Assembly: GCF_000737315.1 (NCBI RefSeq)
Contig: NZ_JMCB01000002.1
Location: forward strand, 144,001-268,000
Reading direction: 5' to 3'
Source: Hyalangium minutum
Lineage (GTDB): Bacteria; Myxococcota; Myxococcia; Myxococcales; Myxococcaceae
DNA length: 124,000 nucleotides
Below the pieces are notes generated by a model. The model ran no database searches, had not been told where the DNA came from, and worked only from the letters and a program-made list of their open reading frames with translations. How positions within the stretch are numbered: position 1 is the first letter of the stretch; every line of letters starts with the position of its first letter. The translations under genes were made by a program, and so were the position numbers. Below, one piece after another: positions 73,183-83,935 of this stretch.

Positions 73183-74888
73183 GTGTACTCCATGTGTGAA
73201 GGCTGGAGCCGGATGCCCAGCTCATTGAAGGAATTGACGGTCACGTTCGAGGCGAACAGCTCGTCGAGGATGCAGCCGAAGAGGAACGCGTCCCCGGCTC
73301 CTAGAAAGCTCGTCTCATCGAGCGCCGCCGTGACGCGGTTGCCGCGCAGCGGGCTGCCCTCGAGGAAGCGCGTCCCCGCTCGGACCTCGACGGAGCGGAT
73401 GGCGTTGATGCGCAGCCGGGTGGCCCGCGCCGCCAGGTCATCCGTGAGCCCCTTGAAGTTGTAGAGCTCGAGCAGCCGGCGCAGCACCTCCACATCCGAG
73501 AGGGTCTGCTGGTTCACCGCCAGGTGAGAGAGCAGCCGCCAGTGGAGTTCCGTGCCGAGTGGCGCACGCGCGGGCCGGCTCACGGGGGAGATGTTCTTGA
73601 AGCGCGCGTTCGTCGGAGAGGTGATGGTGGGCAGGTGGACATCCCCCACCTGCAGCCGCGTGGGGAGCGAGCGGTGCGTACACGTGAGCTCGATGGACAG
73701 CGTCTCCTCCTCGATGGAGGGCATCACGTCCCGGGGCGTCTCCAGCGACAGATACGTGTCGATGCCGTCGTCAATGGGCGACGCCGCCCTGCGCAGGCGG
73801 TAGAAGGCAGGCTCCACGCCGTGCCCCGCGGCGTGGGCAAACTCGAAGAAGGGGCGGTAGGTGCGCCGCTCGTTGGCCCCGGCCTGCAGGCCGATGACCG
73901 AGTCCACCGAGAAGATCTCCATGTGCCTCGGCTCGACGCCTTCGGCGCGCAGGAGCTGGTCGTGGGACAGCACACTGTGGCGCAGAGGGTGCGCGGAGGC
74001 AGAGAAGAGGTTGACCGCAGGCGTGCAGTAGAGGCGGAACATCTCCTGGCCCACGCGCGCCTCCAAAGGGGGCGGGCGCTCGAACTGGAAGGCCAGCTCG
74101 AACCGGTCGCTCGCGATGTGCTTTGCGGCATCCAGCCCCCGTACCTCGAAGAAGAGGAACTTCTCCGGCAGGGTGAAGTACTCCTGGAGCTGCCGATAGC
74201 CCTCGGCGGAGCGAGGCCAGGGCAGCATGCGGAAATCCCGATCGAACCCCAGCGGGTGGATGGCCCGAGGTCCGAGCTGGACGGACTTCCCGAAGTCGTT
74301 GTTGACCTGGACGCCGCGGCAGTAGCGCAGCAGCCACAGGAGCATGAGGGCGCTGGTGGCCAGCTCGGCGTGGATGAACAGCCGCAGCCCCTCGGCCCGG
74401 AAGATCTCCGGATAAATCTGCTCGTGGGCCTGGAAGAAGAGCCGCAGCACGGGGGAGGTGACAGACGACTTGTCGAGCAGCGCCTCCTCCAGCGTCAGCG
74501 GGAGCAGCTCCACATCCGAGGTGGTGCGGAAGACGCACGAGGTGCCATCGAGCGGGCGTGCCCCAATCTCCACCCCGGCGGGGATGGTGGCCCGGCCGCG
74601 CAGCGCCTTCACCTGCGGGGTGAACTCGATGACGGTGGAGGCGGGGACGGGCCGCAGGTAGTGCGGCAGCAGCAGGTCCGTCAGGACATGGACCATCTCT
74701 GGCACGTCGTCGTCCACGCGCTCGCGGATGCGCGCCGTCAGGAAGGCGAAGCCCTCGAGCAGCCGCTCGACGTCGGGATCCGCGCCACGCTCCACGAGCA
74801 TGCCCGCGACGCCGGGGTTGGCCAGGCCGAACGCGCGCCCCATTTCCCGGAGGTAGGCCAACTCGCTCAAGAAGTACTTGCTGAACAT
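73146..74888 (-). CDS. tssF: T6SS baseplate TssF
   Basis: DPDVERLLEGFAFL, LLPHYLRPVP, LQEYFTLPEKF, CTPAVNLF, HWRLLSHL. Confidence 0.96.
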   Translation of the reverse strand: MFSKYFLSELAYLREMGRAFGLANPGVAGMLVERGADPDVERLLEGFAFLTARIRERVDDDVPEMVHVLTDLLLPHYLRPVPASTVIEFTPQVKALRGRATIPAGVEIGARPLDGTSCVFRTTSDVELLPLTLEEALLDKSSVTSPVLRLFFQAHEQIYPEIFRAEGLRLFIHAELATSALMLLWLLRYCRGVQVNNDFGKSVQLGPRAIHPLGFDRDFRMLPWPRSAEGYRQLQEYFTLPEKFLFFEVRGLDAAKHIASDRFELAFQFERPPPLEARVGQEMFRLYCTPAVNLFSASAHPLRHSVLSHDQLLRAEGVEPRHMEIFSVDSVIGLQAGANERRTYRPFFEFAHAAGHGVEPAFYRLRRAASPIDDGIDTYLSLETPRDVMPSIEEETLSIELTCTHRSLPTRLQVGDVHLPTITSPTNARFKNISPVSRPARAPLGTELHWRLLSHLAVNQQTLSDVEVLRRLLELYNFKGLTDDLAARATRLRINAIRSVEVRAGTRFLEGSPLRGNRVTAALDETSFLGAGDAFLFGCILDELFASNVTVNSFNELGIRLQPSHMEYTWPPRNGSQLTL

Positions 74889-74910
74889 GAAATGCCCTCG
74901 GACTGCTGGC

Positions 74911-75306
74911 TCACCACAGATCGATTTGGCTGTTTCGCCCCAGCCGCGTGTAGAAGCGGATGGGCCGGCGGGAACCCCGGTGCACCAGTTGTGCGGAGAC
75001 CTCGAACTTGAGGCTGGTGGGGTCCAGCTCGTCAGGAACGTGAAGGACGGCGACGTTCTTCAGGCGCGGCTCGTATTCCTGGATGGCCTGCCGCAGAGAC
75101 ATCTGCATCCGCTCGATGGCGGACGGGAACGTGTGGATGATGTCGTTGAAGTCCATGATGCCAAAGCCGGGCGCCGCCACGGACTCCCCCTTGCGGGTGT
75201 TGAACAGCACGCGCAGGTGCTGGGTGACCTCCTCGACGGGATCGCCCCGCCGCGAGGTATGCACATCGCCACTCTTGATTCGGGAGAAGAGGCCGCGGGT
75301 CGCCAT
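74911..75306 (-). CDS. tssE: T6SS baseplate TssE
   Basis: HLRVLFNTRKG, FGIMDF, IQEYEPRL. Confidence 0.93.
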   Translation of the reverse strand: MATRGLFSRIKSGDVHTSRRGDPVEEVTQHLRVLFNTRKGESVAAPGFGIMDFNDIIHTFPSAIERMQMSLRQAIQEYEPRLKNVAVLHVPDELDPTSLKFEVSAQLVHRGSRRPIRFYTRLGRNSQIDLW

Positions 75307-75366
75307 GGGTGTGGAACCTCCAGGGGAGCGCCCGATGCCGAAACGGGCGCCCCCCTGAAGCGGGAG

Positions 75367-75858
75367 CTAGCGCTGCTGGCTCCAGGAATCCTCGTGCGTC
75401 ACGCCACCGTTGGTGTACGTCCAGCTGATGGTGTGGAACACGAACGTGAGCTCCTCGAGGGCCGGATCCTTCGAGGTGGCCGGGACGATGGTGTCCGGCA
75501 CCACGTGCTTGATGGTGTTGATGCGGCCCTGCTTGAACGTCGTCGTGTAGAACTGCTCCGTCGTGCCGTCACCGGTCGGGTTCGGGCGGAAGAACTTGAA
75601 CGTCGCCTCGATGACCTGGTTCTCGCACAGCGCCTTCATCAGCAGCGGCGTGGACTTGTCGATGCGCTTACGGATGAGCAGCGGCTGGTACTGGCGCCGG
75701 CCCGTGGCGAGGCCGGAGCCGGACTCGCGCGCGGTGATGACGCCCTGCTCGTAGTAGACGCACTCGATGGAGCCTTCGCGGCCCAGGCTGACCTGGGTGC
75801 TCTCGCCCTTGATCTCCGTGCCGTTTGCCTTCAAGTAGAGATGTACTGTCTCGGCCAT
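75367..75858 (-). CDS. hcp: T6SS tube protein Hcp
   Basis: TGRRQYQPLLIRKRIDKSTPLL, LEELTFVFHTISW. Confidence 0.96.
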   Translation of the reverse strand: MAETVHLYLKANGTEIKGESTQVSLGREGSIECVYYEQGVITARESGSGLATGRRQYQPLLIRKRIDKSTPLLMKALCENQVIEATFKFFRPNPTGDGTTEQFYTTTFKQGRINTIKHVVPDTIVPATSKDPALEELTFVFHTISWTYTNGGVTHEDSWSQQR

Positions 75859-75988
75859 TTCTGCCTCGTTGGGACTGCGGGGTGGGTTGCTGAACCGGGC
75901 CCGTTGCCGGGCCCGGCGGTGATGAGGACTTCACCGGCTGCCTGGTGCGACGACAGCCAGTCCTCTCCCGCTCCAGAGGGAGCGAGGA

Positions 75989-77476
75989 TCACTGCTTGTC
76001 GAGCTTGCCGACGAGCGACAGGGTGAAGGAGGCACCCATGTACTTGAAGTGGGGACGGACCTGGACGCTGCACCGGTACCAGCCGGGCTGGCCCTCCACG
76101 TCCTCGACGCTGACGCGCGCGTTGCGCAGCGGCCGGCGCGAGCGGACCGCCGGCGCCGGATCATCCATGTCCGCGACGTACTGGCTCAGCCAGTTGTTCA
76201 GCTCGCGCTCGAGGTCCGAGCGCTCCTTCCAGCTGCCGATCTGCTCGCGCTGGAGCACTTTGATGTAGTGCGCCAGGCGGGTCATGATGAACATGTAGGG
76301 CAACTGGGTGCTGAGCCGGTAGTTCGTCTCCGCCGCCTTGCCCTCGGGCGTACCGCCGAAGAGCTTGGGACGCTGCGTGGAGTTGGCCGAGAAGAAGGCC
76401 GCGTTGTCCGCGGACTTGCGGAACACCATGCCGATGAAGCCCTCCTCGGACAGCTCGTACTCGCGCCGCTCGGTGAGGAGCACCTCGGTGGGGATCTTCG
76501 TCTGGATCTCCCCCATGGCCTCGTAGTTGTGCAGCGGCAGGTTCTCCACCGCGCCGCCGGACTGCGGGCCGATGATGTTCGGGGCCCAGCGGAACTTGGC
76601 GAACGACGCGGCCACGCGGGTGGCCAGTGCCGTGGAGGCGGTGCCCCACAGGTATCGCTCATGGTGGCCGACGACGTCCTCGTTGTAGTTGAAGGACTTC
76701 ACCGGCACGGTGGCCTCGCCGTAGGGCAGGCGCAGCAGGAAGCGCGGCAGGCACAGCCCCACGTAGCGGCTGTCCTCGCTGTCGCGGAAGGACTGCCAGC
76801 GCGCGTACTGAGGCATCTCGAACATCGCCTTCAGGTCCTTGAGGTTCGGCAGGTTGAGGAAGCTCTTCTCGCCGAAGAACTCAGGCCCCGCGTTGGAGAT
76901 GAACGGCGCATGGGCCATGGCCGCCACCGAGGCGCACTTGGTCAGCAGCGCCATGTCCTGCGGGCCGGGCCCGAAGTCGAAATCCCCGCACATCAGCCCG
77001 TAGGGCTTGCCACCGAACACGCCATACTCGTTGGAGTAGACGAGCTTGTAGAGGCCGGACTTCACCGTCTCAGGAGCGTCCTCGAAGTCCTTGAGCAGGT
77101 CTCCCTTGGACACGTTGAGCATCTCCACGCGGATGTTCTCGCGGAAGTCCACCTTGTCGATGAGGAACTTCAGCCCGCGCCACCGGGACTCCATGGACTG
77201 GAGGGTGGGGTGGTGGAGGATCTCGTCCAGCTGGGAGCTCATCCGCCGGTCGATCTCGGCGATCATCGCGTCCACCAGCGCCTGGTCGATGCGCTCCTGG
77301 GGCCGATGGGGCGCCAGCATCTCGGTGATGAAGGCCTGGACGCCGCGGCGGGCCACGTCGTACCCCTCGTCGCGCGGCTTGAGCTTGGCCTCGGCGAGGA
77401 TGGTGTCGAGCAGCGAGCCGTCGCTCTCCACCGTGGTCTTCGAGTCGTTCTTGAGCAGGTTCTTGTCGGTATTCAT
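75989..77476 (-). CDS. tssC: T6SS sheath large subunit TssC
   Basis: QLDEILHHP..QSMESRWRGL, EYGVFGGKPY, AAMAHAPF, YIKVLQREQIGSW. Confidence 0.97.
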   Translation of the reverse strand: MNTDKNLLKNDSKTTVESDGSLLDTILAEAKLKPRDEGYDVARRGVQAFITEMLAPHRPQERIDQALVDAMIAEIDRRMSSQLDEILHHPTLQSMESRWRGLKFLIDKVDFRENIRVEMLNVSKGDLLKDFEDAPETVKSGLYKLVYSNEYGVFGGKPYGLMCGDFDFGPGPQDMALLTKCASVAAMAHAPFISNAGPEFFGEKSFLNLPNLKDLKAMFEMPQYARWQSFRDSEDSRYVGLCLPRFLLRLPYGEATVPVKSFNYNEDVVGHHERYLWGTASTALATRVAASFAKFRWAPNIIGPQSGGAVENLPLHNYEAMGEIQTKIPTEVLLTERREYELSEEGFIGMVFRKSADNAAFFSANSTQRPKLFGGTPEGKAAETNYRLSTQLPYMFIMTRLAHYIKVLQREQIGSWKERSDLERELNNWLSQYVADMDDPAPAVRSRRPLRNARVSVEDVEGQPGWYRCSVQVRPHFKYMGASFTLSLVGKLDKQ

Positions 77477-77498
77477 GGGTGGTTTTCCTCGGGAGGGG

Positions 77499-78008
77499 CT
77501 ACTGCTTCGGCGCGCTCTTCTCGTCAGCCTTCATGCCGAGCTCGCGCATGAGCGTCTGGCGGCTGTCCGCGTCGTTGAGCAGGTCCTGGAGCTTGCGGCG
77601 GAACGCGGGGATGTTGCCCAGGGGGCCCTTGAGGGCGTGCAGCGCGTGGCGCAGCCGCAGCAGCTTCTCGAGCTCCGGCACCTGGTGGACGATGCTCTCC
77701 GGGTTGAAGTCGGAGATGTTGCGGAACTGCAGCGTCACCGGCAGCGTGGCGCCCTCTTCCTGGGAGAGCTTGTCCGGCACGGAGAGCGACACCTTGAGGT
77801 TCTGCTGCGCCATCACGTCGTTGAAGTTGTCCTTGTCGACGTTGATGGGAGCCCGCTCCTCGATGGGCCGCTCATCGGGCATCCCCGTGAAGTCCCCCAT
77901 CATGAGGATCTTCAGCGGCAGCTCGACTTGCTCCTGCGCGTTGCCGGTCGCAGGTTGGTAGACGATGTTGACGCGCTCAGTGGGGGCTACGGAGGTTTCC
78001 TTGCTCAT
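77499..78008 (-). CDS. tssB: T6SS sheath small subunit TssB
   Basis: APTERVNIVY, ELPLKILMMGDFTG, DFNPESIVHQVPEL. Confidence 0.97.
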   Translation of the reverse strand: MSKETSVAPTERVNIVYQPATGNAQEQVELPLKILMMGDFTGMPDERPIEERAPINVDKDNFNDVMAQQNLKVSLSVPDKLSQEEGATLPVTLQFRNISDFNPESIVHQVPELEKLLRLRHALHALKGPLGNIPAFRRKLQDLLNDADSRQTLMRELGMKADEKSAPKQ

Positions 78009-78140
78009 CTGCGGCCAATCCTTTGTTGGGTACGAGGGTTGAGGTGCGGACTGCGGTACGGCGGGTGAAAAGACAGACGGGGAGCCAGACGGCGCGCGGA
78101 GCGGCCGCGGAGTGAGGACTTCCGTGTGGACACGGCACCG

Positions 78141-81100
78141 CTAGGGCGAAGTCTTCGCGGTGACGATGGGCGGAGGGCAGCCCTGGACGGCCTGGGAGAT
78201 GCCGGCGGGAGGGACCAGGCGCGGGTCCCGGAAGATCTGCAGCAGCCGCGAGGTGTTGCTCCCCGACGTGCCGAAGAAGGGGTTGGCGAGGCGCTCGGGA
78301 CGCAGGTCGATGGAGATCTGCGCGTTGTTCAGATCGGGGACTTCCCAGGTGGCGGTGAAGAAGCGGCCGTCCGTGCTGGGCTCGATCTTCTTGGCGCGCT
78401 CCAGGAGGCGGAAGAGGCCCCACTCACCCGGCGCGTCGAGGTCCGCGGTGTTGCCTGAGGTGCTCACGATGTGGATGTGGGCGCCGAGCTTGCCCGCGGG
78501 ACCCGGCCAGGTCATGGCCCTCCACCGGTCATCGGGGCCATTGCGGTAGAGTTCTTCGGAGCCATCCAGGGTCAGGGTGATCGATGCGATCTCCGAGGGA
78601 GCGGAATCCGCCGCGGTGCCCGGGCGCATGCGCACCATGAAGCGGACGAGCGGCTCCTGGGTGTCGCCGGGGAACAGCGTCATGGCGAGGTTGTTGATGC
78701 GCTCCAGGTAGGTGAGCAGCTCATCCTTGTACAGACCCATGCCAGGGGCGGTCTTCACCGCGAACACATGGCGCCTTCCATCCGGGAGCACCTCCTCGCT
78801 GAGCTGGGTCTGCAGGAACTTCCGGACCGTGCCCGTGGAGGGATGCAGGAACTGGGTGAACTCAGGCAGGGGCGCATCCAGCAGCGAGTCCTTGTTGAAG
78901 GGGTACCTGTTGGCCATCAGGGACACGAAGGGCCCGAAGATCTCGTCACACCACTTCCGGCTCTTCTTCTCGGCCACGTCTCGCCGGACGACCGTCCCCA
79001 CCTGCTTGAGCGGAGGCAGAAGGATCTGCTCGAAGACGGCGTGAGCGCCTTCCTGGCTCTGAATGAGCAGCGAGACGGTGTTGCGGGTGGAGGTGATCTT
79101 CTCGATCAACACCATGGCCTCGTTGGGCTTGTCGCGCACCTCCTTCAGGGTGGTGAGCACCAGGTTGAGCTGGTCCTGGTAGGAGTCGAGCTGCGTCAGC
79201 TTTTCCTCGCCGTCATCAGTCGCCGAGGTCTTGGTGATGAAGGCCAGGATGGGGCTGAAGTTCTTCTCCACGGCCGCAGGGGTCAGCTCGGTCTCGCCTA
79301 TCGAGGACTCGGGATCGACGAGCCGGGCAGGCCCCTCCTCCGTCGCGGAAGTGCCGGCGGGCTTGTTGAGGGCCTTGGAGATCAGCGCGGACAGCGTGTT
79401 GCCCGAGGCCACCTTGGGGCTCTCCAGATGAACGTTGTAGGCGAGCGTGCGGAAGAGCTTGCCAATGGGGGCTGGCTTGCCTCGTGTGAGGCTCTCGAGG
79501 AGCAGCTCCGTCTGGCTCCAGTCCTTGGGCTCCTCCACGCGGACGGAGTAGAGGAAGTCTGTCCACTCCTGGATGTACTGCTGGTAGTAGCGGGTGCGGA
79601 GCTCCGCGCGGTTGGCCTCCTCGTTCTCGCGGGAGTCCCGGTTGAGCACCCAGGCCTCGGAACCCTGGAAGGCCGAGTCCATTCGCGCACGGACCCACTC
79701 CTCCCAGGCCAGCCGCGTGAAGGCGCCGTTGACGCGCTTCGTCGCCCGCATGAAGGGGACGGCACCCACCGAGTCGCCCAGGGACACGCCCGGGTACTCA
79801 CGGTTGGCCTGGCTGACGATGCGCTCCAGCTCCAGCGTTGCGAGCGGGACTCGGTTGAGGGCCCGGCGGGCGGAGATCACCACCCGCTCGTCTCGCGAGA
79901 AGGCCAGCTGGAGAGGGTCCGCCGCCAGCATGGCGATGTACGTCTGCGCGTGGCGGGTGATGGCTTGCTCGAGGCTCACCTCTCCGTTGCGATCGCGGAT
80001 GTCCTCCCAGTGCCGGAGCATCTGCTTGACGATCCACGCCTGATGCGATTCATCGAGCGGTGGCTCGTTCGGAGGCCGGGGATAGGCAGGGTTGGGAGAG
80101 TCGGTGAGGTAGGTGATGAGCAGATACATCTTCAGATCATCGAAGTGCTTGCCGTAGGACTCGTTGCTGGGCTTCCAGTCCACCCGGTCCTGGTTCTGAG
80201 CGAACAGCTCCAGGTTCTGCCGGATGCGATCATGCTGACGGCCGAGGAGCAGCCACTTGAGCTGGCTGTTGTAGAAGGATTGGGCCAGCGCGAAGAGCTG
80301 GTCTCCCTTGTACAGGCCCAGGCGCAGCCACAGCGGTACGCCCTCTACCCGGTGCCGGTTCAGATCCGCAAGGTGTTGCTGCAGAGGGCTCAGCTCCTGG
80401 ATGCGGCTGATGTCGTCGTTGGTCTCCAGCTTCACCGCGACAATGGTGTCGCGGACCTTACGGAGCATCTGCCGGTTCTTGAAGAAGGAGATCGTAGGCA
80501 GGGTCAGCAGCGCCACGGTGAAGGCGAGGCAGGCTCCCGCCACGGCGTAGCGGCGCTTGCGCCGGCGGATCTCTTCCATGGAGCTGATGACCGCGAGCTT
80601 CTGGTCCTGGAACATGACCTTGGTGAACACGTCCCAGAGGAAGAAGCTGCGGCTCTCCGAGGTCTGCTCGGGGTTGACGCGAGGCGCGGCGAGCGTCGGC
80701 TCGCTGGAGGAGGCAGAAGCGCGCGGGTCGGTGACGCGGTGCTCCTGGGAGCCGCTGGTGAAGTAGACGCCGCGCATGATGGGAGTGTCTTGGAAGACGT
80801 TCTCCATGAAGAGCGGCTGGATGAACTCCGTGAGGTTCTTGCGGATCGCGTGCACGCTGTGCGGGAACTGGTAGATGCGCTCGCGTGCCTCCAGCCGCCG
80901 CTCCTGGCCGATCCGCCGGACGGAGCGCTGCTCCAGGATGGCGGTGAGCTCGTCGAAGCGCTTGAGCAGCAGCTCGGTGGGCGCCTCGGGCTGAGCCGTC
81001 AGCGGCACGGTGAAGCCCCAGATCTGCCCTCGCTCGGAGCGAGGCAGGTCGGCGAACATCTCCACGAACCCGGTGAGCAGATCACACTTGGTGATCATCA

Positions 81101-81842
81101 CGTAGATGGGGACCACGATGCGCAGCCGGGACGTCAGCTCGTCGATGCGCTCGCGCAGCCGCTGGCCCAGCTCGCCTGCGGCCTGGGGATCTGCGCCCAT
81201 CAGCTCGCTCACGCTCACCGTCACGACGAGCCCATTGAGGGGCCGATAGGGCCGGTGCTTGCCCAGGGTGTCCAGGAACGAGATCCACTCATCCCGGTCT
81301 TCTTCCGACTCGACATAGCGGCCCGCCGCGTCCAGGAACACCGCGTCATTGGTGAGCCACCAGTCGCAGTGACGTGTCGGGCTCACACTTCGCCCGTTCC
81401 CACCGCCCCGGTTGGAAAGGTAAGGGAACTTCAGCCCAGAGTTGCGCAGGGCGGTGCTCTTGCCCGACTCGGTGGAGCCGATGACGAGGTACCACGGCAA
81501 AACCGTGAGCGCGTCCCGCCCACCTCGAGCGAGCTTGGACGTCTTCAGCGACGAGATGGCACGGGAGAACTCGGCCTGCATGGCCTCGATCTCCGGGCGG
81601 GCCTCGGTGCGAGGAGCTGCCTTGGCTGGCTGCGGCGCTGAGGCCTCCGGAGGCTTCTGTTCAGCCTGCTCGGCTTTCTTCCTCGCGGCGCGGGCGCGCC
81701 AGCGGCGGACCATGGAGACGATCAGTGCAAAGAACAACGTCACAGCCGTAGCGGCCAGTCCCAGCCAGACAGGTTGATGGAAGTACCAGGTGCCTCCCCA
81801 GATGAGGCCCAACAGCAGTGTGATGAGGAAGAAGAACTTCAT
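78141..81842 (-). CDS. tssM: T6SS membrane subunit TssM (IcmF)
   Basis: N-terminal TMs, LPWYLVIG..SGKST, CDWW, DAAGRY, PLNGLVV, TKCDLL, RGVYFTSG. Confidence 0.96.
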   Translation of the reverse strand: MKFFFLITLLLGLIWGGTWYFHQPVWLGLAATAVTLFFALIVSMVRRWRARAARKKAEQAEQKPPEASAPQPAKAAPRTEARPEIEAMQAEFSRAISSLKTSKLARGGRDALTVLPWYLVIGSTESGKSTALRNSGLKFPYLSNRGGGNGRSVSPTRHCDWWLTNDAVFLDAAGRYVESEEDRDEWISFLDTLGKHRPYRPLNGLVVTVSVSELMGADPQAAGELGQRLRERIDELTSRLRIVVPIYVMITKCDLLTGFVEMFADLPRSERGQIWGFTVPLTAQPEAPTELLLKRFDELTAILEQRSVRRIGQERRLEARERIYQFPHSVHAIRKNLTEFIQPLFMENVFQDTPIMRGVYFTSGSQEHRVTDPRASASSSEPTLAAPRVNPEQTSESRSFFLWDVFTKVMFQDQKLAVISSMEEIRRRKRRYAVAGACLAFTVALLTLPTISFFKNRQMLRKVRDTIVAVKLETNDDISRIQELSPLQQHLADLNRHRVEGVPLWLRLGLYKGDQLFALAQSFYNSQLKWLLLGRQHDRIRQNLELFAQNQDRVDWKPSNESYGKHFDDLKMYLLITYLTDSPNPAYPRPPNEPPLDESHQAWIVKQMLRHWEDIRDRNGEVSLEQAITRHAQTYIAMLAADPLQLAFSRDERVVISARRALNRVPLATLELERIVSQANREYPGVSLGDSVGAVPFMRATKRVNGAFTRLAWEEWVRARMDSAFQGSEAWVLNRDSRENEEANRAELRTRYYQQYIQEWTDFLYSVRVEEPKDWSQTELLLESLTRGKPAPIGKLFRTLAYNVHLESPKVASGNTLSALISKALNKPAGTSATEEGPARLVDPESSIGETELTPAAVEKNFSPILAFITKTSATDDGEEKLTQLDSYQDQLNLVLTTLKEVRDKPNEAMVLIEKITSTRNTVSLLIQSQEGAHAVFEQILLPPLKQVGTVVRRDVAEKKSRKWCDEIFGPFVSLMANRYPFNKDSLLDAPLPEFTQFLHPSTGTVRKFLQTQLSEEVLPDGRRHVFAVKTAPGMGLYKDELLTYLERINNLAMTLFPGDTQEPLVRFMVRMRPGTAADSAPSEIASITLTLDGSEELYRNGPDDRWRAMTWPGPAGKLGAHIHIVSTSGNTADLDAPGEWGLFRLLERAKKIEPSTDGRFFTATWEVPDLNNAQISIDLRPERLANPFFGTSGSNTSRLLQIFRDPRLVPPAGISQAVQGCPPPIVTAKTSP

Positions 81843-81844
81843 GA

Positions 81845-82537
81845 CTACTGCCCCCCCTTCGCGACGGTGGCCATGTGAAGCTCGATGTCGTGGAGCATGG
81901 TGGAGGCAGTACGATCGAGGGCGAGATAGAGGCCCCCATAGAAGAGGAGTGCCACGGCGACAGCCGCGAAGGCTGCGGAGGTGAGCGAGAGCCGGCGCTT
82001 GGCCAGGGCGAGGTTCTCGGACGGGCGGTCACCGTGAGGAGCAAGCAAGTCGAAGTCGAACGGCTGGGCTCGTTCCAGGTCCTTCTGGATGCTGTCAATG
82101 AGGCTCATCAGCTCCAGCTCGCCCCCTCGGATGCGGTAGCGACCCTGAAAGCCGAACAACAGACACAGGTAATAGACCCGGAGGACCTCGGCGCGGTGGG
82201 GATCCTTGCGGATGGCATTGACGCGGTTGAAGAAGCTGTCGCCGGCGACGGTCTCGTGGAAGTAGTGGAGTTGCAGCAGGTTGCTCATCCAGAACTGCCG
82301 GTACTGCTCGGGCTTGTTGAGGACGATGTCGTCCATCAGCGCCACGAGGGCGTAGCCCATGTCCTGTGCGTCCTGATGGCTGAACCCCAGCACCGCCGCG
82401 CGCCGGAGCACTTCGTCGATGACACCGCGGAGCCGGTGGTTCAGCACTTCCGGAGGGGGAATCTCAGCGGCCTCCGCGTGGCGGAGCCGGATGATGGTGT
82501 CGAAGCAGTCCTTCGTGGCCTCGTTGACTCGATCCAT
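81845..82537 (-). CDS. tssL: T6SS TssL (DotU)
   Basis: YALVALMDD, LQLHYF, VYYLCLLFGFQGRY; C-terminal TM, no OmpA domain. Confidence 0.93.
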   Translation of the reverse strand: MDRVNEATKDCFDTIIRLRHAEAAEIPPPEVLNHRLRGVIDEVLRRAAVLGFSHQDAQDMGYALVALMDDIVLNKPEQYRQFWMSNLLQLHYFHETVAGDSFFNRVNAIRKDPHRAEVLRVYYLCLLFGFQGRYRIRGGELELMSLIDSIQKDLERAQPFDFDLLAPHGDRPSENLALAKRRLSLTSAAFAAVAVALLFYGGLYLALDRTASTMLHDIELHMATVAKGGQ

Positions 82538-82570
82538 GACAGTTCCAGGGAGCTTTCAGGCAAAAGAGGC

Positions 82571-83935
82571 TCAGCGGCCCACGTTGGGCACGGCGAGCAG
82601 TTCGATGGAGGTTTGGCTGGAGTTGAAAGGGTGCGGCAGGTAGAGGGCCACGGCATGCTCGCGCAGCACGTTCCTCCAGCCAGCGTCCTGAGTGAGGGTG
82701 AAGTAGGAGGCCCCCGGGCGGATGGGCACTTCCGGTGGAGGCCGGTAGGTGACCTGCAGGGGGATGCCCTGGCTGGTGGCCTGCACCAGTCCCTGGATTT
82801 CCGACCAGCTTCCCAGCTTCGAGAGCTTGGGCAGTTGATCGACGATGGTCTGCTCCGGCAGCTCGCTCCGGACCATGATCAGGAACTGGCCGCAGCGGTC
82901 GATCCGCTCATCCTCCAGCTTGGCCCGGTAGAGCCCGTCCGCTCCCCGCTCCAGCGGTACGGTGATGCACTGCTCCAGTGCCACGGAGCGCATCAGCTCC
83001 GTCAGGCGGCGAAACAGCTCTTCGAAGGTGACGCGGAGGTTGGTGAACTGAAAGGGCGGCATGACCGAAGGGTCAGCCTCCGCCGAGAATGTGCAGAGCT
83101 GCCCTCCGAGCCGGCTCAGCATGAGGTAGAGATCATGCGGGCGCATGTTCCCGGCCTCGATCACGTGAGACAGGAACGGGATGACGCCATTAAGGGCGTG
83201 CAGTTCCAGGAAGAGCGTGACGTCCGAGGCCGTGAACTCGAGCGAGGACTCATCCCGGTGCCGCCGCCGCGTGGCGATCTGCCGCTGCTTGGAGACGATG
83301 AGCCGCAGCAACGAGCGCAGCTCGCTCATGATGTACGGAGAGGCGCCGATGCGCAGGCACGGAGGGATGTAGGTGTCGACGAGCACCAAGCTCCCTGACT
83401 TGTCGCGAGCGAGCTCGGCGATCTTCAGCGCATCGAAGTCATCCCGGGGCTCATCGCCGAACAGGAGCTTCATGTTCCGCTGCGCGAAGGAGATATGGAT
83501 GACGGAGGTAGACGCGTGCAGGTCACCCACGGGGCGGCTGCGAGGCGAGAAGCGAGGGCTTGCGCCCAGCTTGCCCGCGGCGCCGTAGCTCTCCACGTCG
83601 CTGCGCTCCTTGGGGATGCCGAGGTAGACCTCAAGCAGCTGCTGCGTCGGCCGGAAGTGCCCCTCCACGGGCCGGGCCGCGGGGGACTCCTCGTGACCAG
83701 CCTCGAAGCCAACGGAGAGCCCGTCCGGCAGGATGCCGAAGAACTCGAGGAGGCTGACCTGGCCTGCGCGCAGAGCTTCCATGTCGAACTGCATGGAGGC
83801 CACGCCCCAGGGATAGAGGCACACCGAGCTCAGGCGGGTCTCCACGAGGGACTCGTGGTAGAGGTCCAGCTGCTGCATGTGGTGGGGACTCATGAACATC
83901 CCCTCGGACCAGATGATGCGCTGCGGGGCCTTCAT
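82571..83935 (-). CDS. tssK: T6SS baseplate TssK
   Basis: IIWSEGMFMSPHHMQQ, GILPDG, YIPPCL, YRPPPEVP. Confidence 0.95.
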   Translation of the reverse strand: MKAPQRIIWSEGMFMSPHHMQQLDLYHESLVETRLSSVCLYPWGVASMQFDMEALRAGQVSLLEFFGILPDGLSVGFEAGHEESPAARPVEGHFRPTQQLLEVYLGIPKERSDVESYGAAGKLGASPRFSPRSRPVGDLHASTSVIHISFAQRNMKLLFGDEPRDDFDALKIAELARDKSGSLVLVDTYIPPCLRIGASPYIMSELRSLLRLIVSKQRQIATRRRHRDESSLEFTASDVTLFLELHALNGVIPFLSHVIEAGNMRPHDLYLMLSRLGGQLCTFSAEADPSVMPPFQFTNLRVTFEELFRRLTELMRSVALEQCITVPLERGADGLYRAKLEDERIDRCGQFLIMVRSELPEQTIVDQLPKLSKLGSWSEIQGLVQATSQGIPLQVTYRPPPEVPIRPGASYFTLTQDAGWRNVLREHAVALYLPHPFNSSQTSIELLAVPNVGR